29,219 nucleotides of DNA from Pyrinomonadaceae bacterium (lineage in GTDB: Bacteria > Acidobacteriota > Blastocatellia > Pyrinomonadales > Pyrinomonadaceae): positions 1 to 29,219 of the forward strand of contig JBOGOW010000001.1 of NCBI GenBank assembly GCA_050748285.1, written 5' to 3'. Under the pieces are notes generated by a model. It was given only the letters and a program-made list of their open reading frames with translations, was not told the DNA's origin and did no database searches. A program made the translations under genes and the position numbers. Positions 1 through 6,562 of this stretch are shown in pieces (position 1 is the stretch's first letter; every line of letters begins with the position of its first letter).

Positions 1-97
1 CTCCTGTCCGCACGAACGCGACCGCGTTCGAAATGTCCGCTGCCAAAGACCTGTATTCGCACTTCGTGCTCATTGCGGACAAGAGTGTCCGCGCTCC
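1..97. repeat. REP family A (GGAGC-NNN-GACA-CTCY-TGTC-NNN' hairpin), inverted pair (REPIN-like), truncated at window start
   Basis: ctcctgtccgc at 1-11 and gcggacaagagtgtccgcgctcc at 75-97 are inverted copies; internal small hairpin cgaacgcg-acc-gcgttcg. Lies just past the terminase stop codon. Confidence 0.85.
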
Positions 98-99
98 GT

Positions 100-1542
100 C
101 TAGAATCCAGTGCTTCGTTTTGTCTGTTCGGTCATCATCCGAAACGCGAGCGAAACGGCATCGACTTGATCGTCATGCGTGCCGTTTGGAAAGCTGCAAA
201 CTTCTTCGATGAATGCCTCGTTCCACGCGCCGCGGACGAGAATGACCTTTCCGGCTTCGGCTTTTGCCGCCCATGGCAACGCGCGTGCGACTTTGTCTTT
301 ATCAGCTCGGATAGCACGAAGCACGACGCGAAATAATTTCGTATCGCGGTTGATGTCCTGCACTAGCGCTTGGCCGTGCAATGCGGATTCGATTCCGTGC
401 ACGGTGTCTTTTTCCGCGCGCATTCGTTCAATAACGTATCGACGCTGTTCGGGGTATTCGATCCGCGAACGCATCCCGTTGGCGATGTAAATATTTCCGC
501 AGTCGTCCGAGGCGATGCGAAATGACGCGGTGAAATCGGCGGTTGTTTTCGTCGAAACGGCGAGGTCATAACCGCGAAACCATTTCAGTTTCGGCGGCGC
601 TTTATCTACAATTCTTTCAAACCATGCCCGCTTAAAAATGCCGCCGTCGAGCGGAACCGGATTTTGTTGATATAGTGCGGCGAAGGAGTAGGATCCCAGT
701 TTTTTCTCTATTCGGCGCAGGGCCGTTTCGTCATACCGGTCGGGACACAGTGCCTCGCCGGGTTCGCGACCGAGCGGATCATCGGACGGAGCGGCGACAC
801 TCTTGTCGCCACGAACGCACCGCGTTCGAAAACGGTGATCCGGAATTGTCGAGATACGGTCGCCCTCCGGGCTCATGGGGACAGGAGTGTCCCCGCTCCG
901 ACCGGCGAGTGCCGGCAGGCTCACGACTTCCCATTGCTCGCCGCCGTTTTTCATTTCGTTTAGCAAACGGCCGGCGAGGTCGTCTTCGTGCCAGCGGGTT
1001 TGGATCAGGATGATCGCAGCGTTCGGTTCTAGGCGTGTAAAGATGTCGTCATTGAACCAATCCCAAGTGTTTTCGCGGTATGCTTTGCTCTCGGCCTCGG
1101 AACGATTTTTCACAGGGTCGTCGATAACGATCAGGTTTGCGCCAAAGCCGGTTACACCCGCTCCGACACCGACCGCGCACAGGCCGCCGCCATCGAGCGT
1201 TTCCCATTCGTCTGCGGCTTTTCGTTCTTTTGACAACGGGATCGAATCGCCGACAATGCGGCGAACTTTCCGTGAGAAACGATTTGCGAGCCGCTGATTA
1301 TAGCAACCGAGAATAATATTCGAATTCGGTTCACGGACCATTCGCCACGCTGTATAGCGCACGGTTACAGTCTCCGATTTCGAATGTCGCGGCGGCATAA
1401 AGACCATCAGACGTTTCGTTTTTCCGTTCGTTATCATGTCGAGCTTGTCGTATAGATAAATTTGGTGCTTCCAATTCCAGATCCAATTCGGCGCGGTTTG
1501 CGATATCCAATCCCGAAAATCGGGAACTTTCGAATCGGCCAT
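100..1542 (-). CDS. terL: Phage terminase large subunit (ATPase + RNase H-like nuclease)
   Basis: Walker A-like MPPRHSKSE, motif GVGAGVTGFGA, Walker B IVIDDP, TRWHEDDL, nuclease YDLA..D and C-terminal FPNGTHDDQVDA. Likely start ATG 1542 (ORF track GTG 1578). Contains a ~38-aa REP-derived insertion. Confidence 0.93.
   Translation of the reverse strand: MADSKVPDFRDWISQTAPNWIWNWKHQIYLYDKLDMITNGKTKRLMVFMPPRHSKSETVTVRYTAWRMVREPNSNIILGCYNQRLANRFSRKVRRIVGDSIPLSKERKAADEWETLDGGGLCAVGVGAGVTGFGANLIVIDDPVKNRSEAESKAYRENTWDWFNDDIFTRLEPNAAIILIQTRWHEDDLAGRLLNEMKNGGEQWEVVSLPALAGRSGDTPVPMSPEGDRISTIPDHRFRTRCVRGDKSVAAPSDDPLGREPGEALCPDRYDETALRRIEKKLGSYSFAALYQQNPVPLDGGIFKRAWFERIVDKAPPKLKWFRGYDLAVSTKTTADFTASFRIASDDCGNIYIANGMRSRIEYPEQRRYVIERMRAEKDTVHGIESALHGQALVQDINRDTKLFRVVLRAIRADKDKVARALPWAAKAEAGKVILVRGAWNEAFIEEVCSFPNGTHDDQVDAVSLAFRMMTEQTKRSTGF
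788..899. repeat. REP family A inverted pair inserted in frame in terL
   Basis: ggagcggcgacactcttgtcgcc (788-810) ... ggggacaggagtgtccccgctcc (877-899); translates as RSGDTPVP...GDKSVAAPS between LPALA and DDPLGREPGEAL. Confidence 0.9.
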
Positions 1543-1552
1543 TTGTTGTCGC

Positions 1553-1885
1553 TTAATTTGTGATCTTTGCGGTTGCACGGCGGCGGGCGGAATAGATGCG
1601 GGCCATTGTCCGGCAGTTGTCGAAAACGCGCGAGGTAAAGACGCCGGATCCGGGCGGATCGACCTCGACGAGCGCCGATGCTCGAGCGGCTTTGATGAGC
1701 CATGCGTCGGAAGCGGCTTTGTTCATATCGTAGGTCGGCGTCCAGTCCAATGATGCGGGCAGTTCGCCGTTGCCGTCGGGCATCGCCGCCGCTTCGAGCA
1801 GGTCTTCGAGTTCGTCTTCGGTTAGCGCGGGTTCGGTTTCCCACGCGGTGATTTTTTTGAGTTTGTCTAATGAAGATTCGGGCAT
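1553..1885 (-). CDS. Putative head-tail adaptor / head completion protein
   Basis: 110 aa helical protein immediately downstream of the capsid gene; P-L-T-D-E-L and YDMNKAASDAWLIKA motifs resemble phage head-to-tail adaptors. Assignment is from position and recalled motif only. Confidence 0.55.
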   Translation of the reverse strand: MPESSLDKLKKITAWETEPALTEDELEDLLEAAAMPDGNGELPASLDWTPTYDMNKAASDAWLIKAARASALVEVDPPGSGVFTSRVFDNCRTMARIYSARRRATAKITN

Positions 1886-1899
1886 ATTGGTTTAAGAAT

Positions 1900-2029
1900 T
1901 TGAACGCGGATCGAGTGGATCGAGCTGATTTTTTTTGCGGATTCAATACAAAGCGATTTACGATTTTTGATCGTTTATCATAATGGCCGATCTGTTTTGA
2001 TCCGCCACATCCGCCCAATCCGCGTTCAA
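1900..2029. repeat. Short inverted element, family D (~9-10-bp periodic CGGAT/ATCCG units)
   Basis: Terminal inverted repeat ttgaacgcggat (1900-1911) / atccgcgttcaa (2018-2029), with internal gcggat-gtggat-gctgat and atccgc x3; fills the capsid-adaptor intergenic gap. Confidence 0.7.
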
Positions 2030-2035
2030 TTATTG

Positions 2036-2887
2036 TTACGATTTATTCGCTATCAGACATGCGAGGGCTTCGGAGCGGACGACTTTTGCACCGTAAACAT
2101 GGAGGCCTTTTACGGCGTCGCCGAAACGTTTTTCGGGCTTGAAGGTCTGAAGATCGACGATCTGTTCAACGTAAGAAGTTGCGATAGACTGACCGGCCAA
2201 GATCTTGTATTTAGTCGCCATCGTATTCGGGACGTTGTTCGATTTCAGTATCGAGAATCCCGCAGCCTCGCCAACCGCGCCATTTGCGAGAGCACGATCC
2301 GAACGCAGCGTTCCCGCCTGAATGAACCGTTCATCCTTTAACAGCAGGCCGTGAAACCAAGCCGGCACGACGACGAATCGGCCATCGAGCGGCGTGTTCG
2401 CTTCGTCAAGAAGCACGCTTAGATCGACGAGATATTCGTACGCGTCGTCTTTTGTCGGCACCTTCGGCGTTGTGGTCGATCCGATCTTGTTGCCCGTCGG
2501 AACGGCCAGATCCATCAGTCCGGCGATATACGCGTCGGCCTTTTCGCGCAAGCCCCAAGCGGAATGACGCATCGCGGTATCGAGCACGTTCGCGTTTGTC
2601 TGCGCCCGGTCGATGCTGTCCACGTAAAAGTTGAAATATTTTTGCTGATCGATAACCAGCGATTGGTCGTCATCGGTCAGCGATTCGGGATCGTCGATGT
2701 CCGTGTCCTGAATGTAATCGCCGATCGTAACGTCGCCGATAGATCCGATCTTGACCGTATTGCCGGCTTCACGGATCTCGCCTTCGTAATCGCGGTTGCA
2801 CACGATCGACTGGCCGTAAACAAGTGATTTTTCGAGAGCGGTCAGCAGACGCGCCGCCCAAACTGTGGGTATAAATGTTAGTGACAT
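2036..2887 (-). CDS. Major capsid protein (HK97 fold, P22-coat/gp5-like family)
   Basis: 283 aa from ATG 2887 (MSLTFIPTVWAARLL); N-terminal FIPxVW, NRDYEGEI..GNTVKI, IDQQKYFNF.VD.ID, LDEANTP..GRFVVV, G.VG...GF.I..SNN, DAVKGLHVYGAKVVR are typical of this capsid family. Confidence 0.88.
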   Translation of the reverse strand: MSLTFIPTVWAARLLTALEKSLVYGQSIVCNRDYEGEIREAGNTVKIGSIGDVTIGDYIQDTDIDDPESLTDDDQSLVIDQQKYFNFYVDSIDRAQTNANVLDTAMRHSAWGLREKADAYIAGLMDLAVPTGNKIGSTTTPKVPTKDDAYEYLVDLSVLLDEANTPLDGRFVVVPAWFHGLLLKDERFIQAGTLRSDRALANGAVGEAAGFSILKSNNVPNTMATKYKILAGQSIATSYVEQIVDLQTFKPEKRFGDAVKGLHVYGAKVVRSEALACLIANKS

Positions 2888-2896
2888 AGTTTTCTT

Positions 2897-2967
2897 AATG
2901 GAAAATGGAAAGTGGAAAACGGACAATTGAAGATCGAAAAGAATTGTCTATTGTCCGTTGTGAATTG
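2897..2967. repeat. Heptamer tandem/inverted repeat element (family E)
   Basis: aatggaa-aatggaa-agtggaa-aacggac-aattgaa followed by reverse-oriented units; 10-bp IR aacggacaat (2918-2927) / attgtccgtt (2950-2959). Confidence 0.65.
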
Positions 2968-3411
2968 TTAGTTGCTTAGCACTTGCCGCACGTCGTTCCA
3001 GTCGAGCCGTGCGATCTCTTGCGGTTTCATTTTCGCGAGCGAATCGCGGGTGAGGAAATCGTTCTGATTCGCGCGACCGGCACCGGCGTCGATCGAAGCC
3101 GGGTTGTCGTAACCGAACTGTTCCGGGAATCTTTGTTTGAGATTCGCCGTTACAGCCGCGACATTTGCGGGCTTACCTTCGTCATCGAATTGAATTTGGT
3201 TTTCAACCGATGCGAAAAGCAGTTCCGGCGAACGAGCGCCCTGTGCTTTGAGTTCTTTGGTAAATGCTTCACGCGCATCGCGCATTCGGATCGCGTCTTT
3301 TAGTTGTAAAATTTCCGCCCGAAGCTGCTCGGCCTCGGCATTGCTTTCGGAAACTTCCGGCACGTAATCGTCCGTTTCGTTTCCTGCGTCTTGTAGAATT
3401 TCTTCGTTCAT
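2968..3411 (-). CDS. Capsid scaffolding protein
   Basis: 147 aa directly upstream of the capsid gene; acidic N-terminus, coiled coil, LK.RFPEQF, G/A-rich linker and C-terminal LTRDSLAKMKPQEI helix typical of scaffold capsid-binding tails. Confidence 0.75.
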   Translation of the reverse strand: MNEEILQDAGNETDDYVPEVSESNAEAEQLRAEILQLKDAIRMRDAREAFTKELKAQGARSPELLFASVENQIQFDDEGKPANVAAVTANLKQRFPEQFGYDNPASIDAGAGRANQNDFLTRDSLAKMKPQEIARLDWNDVRQVLSN

Positions 3412-3495
3412 ACAGCCCCTGAGATTAGCGGAAACTCTTCAAAAATGAAATGGCGGTTTTCACGGCATACAAGCCATGCATCGCTTTCATTATTT

Positions 3496-3726
3496 TCATT
3501 CCTCGCCATTCATTTCTTCAGCCCATTTCAGAAAGGAATCTTCGAAAACAAGCCATCCAACATTTGTTGGCCGATTGCCTAGCGTCTCAAATGTTCCGTC
3601 TTCGCACATCTTTATCAGCGTGTGCCGCGTCGGTGGCGGAATGATGATCCTGTGTGCCTTTATTAGCCTTTCTACCTCGCTCAAACGAAGTTTCGGTCGT
3701 ATCTTGATGTCGTATATGCGTTTCAT
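3496..3726 (-). CDS. Small DNA-binding protein (excisionase/MerR-like winged HTH), first gene of the head operon
   Basis: 76 aa from ATG 3726: LRLSEVERLI...PTRHTLIKMCEDGTF...GWLVFEDSFLKW matches the HTH_17/Xis-like pattern. The upstream part of the ORF-track call is AT-rich promoter DNA. Confidence 0.6.
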   Translation of the reverse strand: MKRIYDIKIRPKLRLSEVERLIKAHRIIIPPPTRHTLIKMCEDGTFETLGNRPTNVGWLVFEDSFLKWAEEMNGEE

Positions 3727-3959
3727 ATCGTTATTAGACTTGCCGTGTGTTTTGTGCATTGCATGTTTATCGTGAAAGACATTGATCTGATGTTTTCTAT
3801 GCAATTTGGCATAGTAATTTACAGTTGAATTGCATAATCTGCAATTGGCCGGGCGGTATGTAAGCGGCGAAATAAATCTTGATAATGGCTTCGCCCAATA
3901 TCGCCCGTCCATTTCATAATATACAACATTTATATTATATGCAAGAAGTATTTTCATTT
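3727..3959. promoter_or_regulatory. Divergent control region between head and lysis operons
   Basis: AT-rich; inverted repeats ctatgc-N6-gcatag (3797-3814), aattgca-N5-tgcaatt (3828-3846) and ataatata-N7-tatattat (3916-3938). Confidence 0.55.
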
Positions 3960-5324
3960 ATGAAACACACGGCATTTTCACTCGAAGATCAGCTAAAGAC
4001 ATTGGCGATCATAAATATTTATGAGACCGGAAAACCATTTGGCGATTTCGCCGCATGCGTTGTTTTGAATGACGGCGCCGGCATTTCATACGGGATCAAT
4101 CAGTTCACGCATCGTTCGGGTTCGCTTGCTACTGTTGTTGAAAGATATCTTGCGCGCGGCGGCGAGACGGGACGAAAAATATTGGCAGATGCCTTGCCGC
4201 TTCTTCGACGGAGCGAGCCGGTTATTGTTCGTGCGACTTCGCAAAATGAAGTTTTGAAAAAGGCTCTTCGTGCCGCAGCCGTTACGAGCGAGATGCGTGA
4301 GGCGCAGCTTCACGTTGCATACGAGAGATACCTAAAGCCCGCGATCGACGCCTGTGCCGGTTCCGATTTTATTCTGCCGCTTTCGCTCGCAGTTATTTAT
4401 GACTCGAAGACGCATGGTTCATATGAAAAGATCCGCGACCGAGTTGGAGGCGTAGCCTCCAACCTTCAATTGGGAAACATTCCGGAAAGGCACAGCCTTT
4501 CCGCACATCGAACGGCGGAGCCGCGCAGTAATTTCGAGAAGGCGTGGATCACGGAATACGTCCGTCGGCGCGATGCGTGGCTTGCCGGCATTCCGCGACT
4601 AAATGCAACGCGATATCGAACGCGGTTTTTTCTTAACCAGATCACGCTCGGAAAATGGCACCTCGAACTCCCATTGAACATCAACGGCTTTCGGCTGGAA
4701 GAAAATCATATTCAAAACCTGTTGGCTTACGCCGACGGTTTTCTCGACTTGGCGGTTGGGCCGCATCTTGAACCTCAAGAAAACCTCACGACCGACGAAC
4801 CCTCCTCAACCACTCCTCAAATTCCCGCCACAAACCCGCAGGCCCAACCGCCAAATGTTCGCGTCAGTAGCCCGCACGTAAGTAATGGCTCCCTCGTCAC
4901 GCACGGCGCCAATTTTGACGCGCCAGCCGCTCGCACAGACCGAAATCCCGAGAGCTGGACCCTGAACAAAATAGAAAAACACGTCGATGCGGCCGCCGAA
5001 AAATTCGACCAAGGCGAGCGGATCATTACGACCGTTATCACGCGAACCGACCGCGCGAAATCGCTGTGGACGACAGTGATCGGGACGCTTTGGCAAACCG
5101 CATGGGCGATTATCGGCGTTATTGCCGGATTACCGCGCGAAGTTTGGTTCGCAGTCGCAATCATCGCCGCCGCTCTAATGCTTCTTTACCTCTATCGCCA
5201 GATCGCACTTGGATTGCTGAGGGAGCGAGGACACTCTTGTCCTCACGAACACAACGCGTTCGAAAATGTTGAGGGAGCGAGGACACTCTTGTCCTCACGA
5301 ACGCAACGCGTTCGAAAATATTGA
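3960..5324 (+). CDS. Endolysin-like protein: N-terminal GH46 chitosanase/lysozyme-fold domain, low-complexity linker, C-terminal transmembrane helices
   Basis: IINIYETG...LNDGAGISYGINQFTHRSGSL..VV..Y and LAVIYDS..HG motifs of chitosanase-like phage lysins; hydrophobic C-terminus (AWAIIGVIAGLPREVWFAVAIIAAALMLLYLY); upstream of holin/spanin-like genes. Confidence 0.75.
   Translation: MKHTAFSLEDQLKTLAIINIYETGKPFGDFAACVVLNDGAGISYGINQFTHRSGSLATVVERYLARGGETGRKILADALPLLRRSEPVIVRATSQNEVLKKALRAAAVTSEMREAQLHVAYERYLKPAIDACAGSDFILPLSLAVIYDSKTHGSYEKIRDRVGGVASNLQLGNIPERHSLSAHRTAEPRSNFEKAWITEYVRRRDAWLAGIPRLNATRYRTRFFLNQITLGKWHLELPLNINGFRLEENHIQNLLAYADGFLDLAVGPHLEPQENLTTDEPSSTTPQIPATNPQAQPPNVRVSSPHVSNGSLVTHGANFDAPAARTDRNPESWTLNKIEKHVDAAAEKFDQGERIITTVITRTDRAKSLWTTVIGTLWQTAWAIIGVIAGLPREVWFAVAIIAAALMLLYLYRQIALGLLRERGHSCPHEHNAFENVEGARTLLSSRTQRVRKY
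4443..4523. repeat. Triple-hairpin repeat family C, in frame in the endolysin
   Basis: gttggaggc-gta-gcctccaac, cggaaaggc-aca-gcctttccg, cggc-gga-gccg; same architecture as the intergenic copy at 5661-5734. Confidence 0.75.
4863..4891 (+). repeat. REP family B single copy, in frame in the endolysin linker
   Basis: gtcagtagcccgcacgtaagtaatggctc is nearly identical to the arms of the 11582-11724 element. Confidence 0.8.
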
Positions 5325-5432
5325 GGGAGCGAGGACACTCTTGTCCTCACGAACACAACGCGTTTGAAAATGTTGAGAATTGACGAATTAATTTGCCCTA
5401 AGCACTTATGAGGACAAGAGTATCCTCGCTCC
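5218..5432. repeat. REP family A mosaic: three 52-bp tandem units plus one inverted copy
   Basis: Units at 5218-5269, 5270-5321, 5322-5373 (tgagggagcgaggacactcttgtcctcacgaacacaacgcgttcgaaaatgt); inverted gaggacaagagtatcctcgctcc at 5410-5432. Confidence 0.92.
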
Positions 5433-5438
5433 AAATAT

Positions 5439-5627
5439 ATGAACGACATAAAAAATTTTCTCATCGCATATTTCAGCACGGCGTCGTCCGTTTTTGCGGC
5501 CTTCGAAAGCCGCACGATGATAACGATCCTGTCAGCCATCATCCTTCCGATACTGTTTTTCGCCATCGGAAAAACGATCGATGTGCTCCTGCAGATATAT
5601 CTCAACAGGCGGAAACACGACCAGTAG
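5439..5627 (+). CDS. Putative holin
   Basis: 62 aa, 1-2 hydrophobic segments, basic C-terminus (NRRKHDQ), located between the lysin and spanin-like genes. Confidence 0.6.
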   Translation: MNDIKNFLIAYFSTASSVFAAFESRTMITILSAIILPILFFAIGKTIDVLLQIYLNRRKHDQ

Positions 5628-5660
5628 GGAGTGTGCCTCTCGTCTGTGTCGCGTCCGTCG

Positions 5661-5734
5661 GAGGCAGAGCCTCAGGACTTTTTTGAAACTGCCGGAGAAG
5701 CATAGCTTCTCCGCAAATAGAGCGGCAAAGCCGC
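5661..5734. repeat. Triple-hairpin repeat family C, intergenic copy
   Basis: gaggc-aga-gcctc, cggagaagc-ata-gcttctccg, gcggc-aaa-gccgc. Confidence 0.75.
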
Positions 5735-5743
5735 CGCAAGAAA

Positions 5744-6124
5744 ATGAATATCAAGATCTACATTGGAATCACCGCCGCACTAATTCTGATCATTGCGAGC
5801 TATTCGGTCGTTTCGTATTTTCAATTGCGGCGACTCGAAGCCGATGTTGAAAAGGCGAAACAGACCGCAGACGTGAAACAGAAACAAGCCGATGAACTTG
5901 AAAAACAGGCTCGAAAATACGAAGAAAAGATCGCGTTTCTTGAAACAAACCTTGAAACGCTGAAGACGCTCGCAAAGAAACAAGATGAAGAACTTAGCAA
6001 ACTCGAAAATACTACTGATAACGCTCGTGCTGATGTCGAGCGCCGTCGCCGCATTCGCTCAGCAGCCGCAACCGCCGAAGAGCTCTGCGCCAAACTCGCC
6101 GACCTCGGACACCCATGTCAGTAG
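5744..6124 (+). CDS. Putative inner-membrane spanin (Rz-like)
   Basis: Single N-terminal TM helix followed by a long coiled coil, two Cys near the C-terminus; lysis cassette position. Confidence 0.6.
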   Translation: MNIKIYIGITAALILIIASYSVVSYFQLRRLEADVEKAKQTADVKQKQADELEKQARKYEEKIAFLETNLETLKTLAKKQDEELSKLENTTDNARADVERRRRIRSAAATAEELCAKLADLGHPCQ

Positions 6125-6491
6125 GCAGGTGGCAGAAGGCAGTCCGCAGTCGGACGTAATGATCGCGGCGTGCAATGCCGCGGTTGATGAGCTGCATGCC
6201 TCGCGTATTTTGATCGACGCGTTGGATAAGGAAAACGCCGCACTGAAAGAGAGGCTCGAAACCGAAAACCGCGCCAACGCGATACTCACCGAATTAAACG
6301 AAACGCGCCGTGCCGAAGTTGAAGCGCTCCGTGCGACCATCACCGCAAAGAACGAAACTATCGGCGCGAAAGACTCGGCAATCGCCGCTCAGGACAAGCT
6401 GATCGAATCCCTAAAAACTAAAAAACGCTCGCCATGGTCACGCCTCGGCGACATACTTCTCGGCGCCGCCGCGGTCGCTATATTAAAGTAG
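5985..6491 (+). CDS. Putative second spanin component (exported coiled-coil protein, Rz1-position)
   Basis: Overlaps the upstream gene by 140 bp in another frame; signal peptide (ILLITLVLMSSAVAAFA-Q), Pro-rich linker, coiled coil, hydrophobic C-terminal tail. Confidence 0.55.
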   Translation: MKNLANSKILLITLVLMSSAVAAFAQQPQPPKSSAPNSPTSDTHVSRQVAEGSPQSDVMIAACNAAVDELHASRILIDALDKENAALKERLETENRANAILTELNETRRAEVEALRATITAKNETIGAKDSAIAAQDKLIESLKTKKRSPWSRLGDILLGAAAVAILK

Positions 6492-6562
6492 TTATCGCGT
6501 TTTCCTCTTGCAGCTTCGCCGATTCCGACAAAGCCTTTTTCTCGTATCCCGATGAACCAAAT

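Noticed and set aside
788..899. Intein or intron in the terminase
   Set aside because: Only ~38 codons, no Cys/Ser start or His-Asn end, and fully explained by a REP doublet.
1434..2341. Alternative ORFs 1434-2018 (-) and 1967-2341 (+)
   Set aside because: They overlap the adaptor/capsid genes and the family D repeat, have Arg-rich off-frame composition and show no motifs.
3905..3945. Possible dif site (cataat...tatattat)
   Set aside because: Does not fit the 11-6-11 XerC/XerD layout and has no TTATGTTAAAT-like arm; treated as an AT-rich promoter palindrome.
5218..5373. CRISPR-like array (palindromic ~23-bp repeat with ~29-bp intervals)
   Set aside because: The intervening sequences are near-identical rather than unique spacers, the repeat is the dispersed REP family A, an inverted copy follows, and there are no cas genes.
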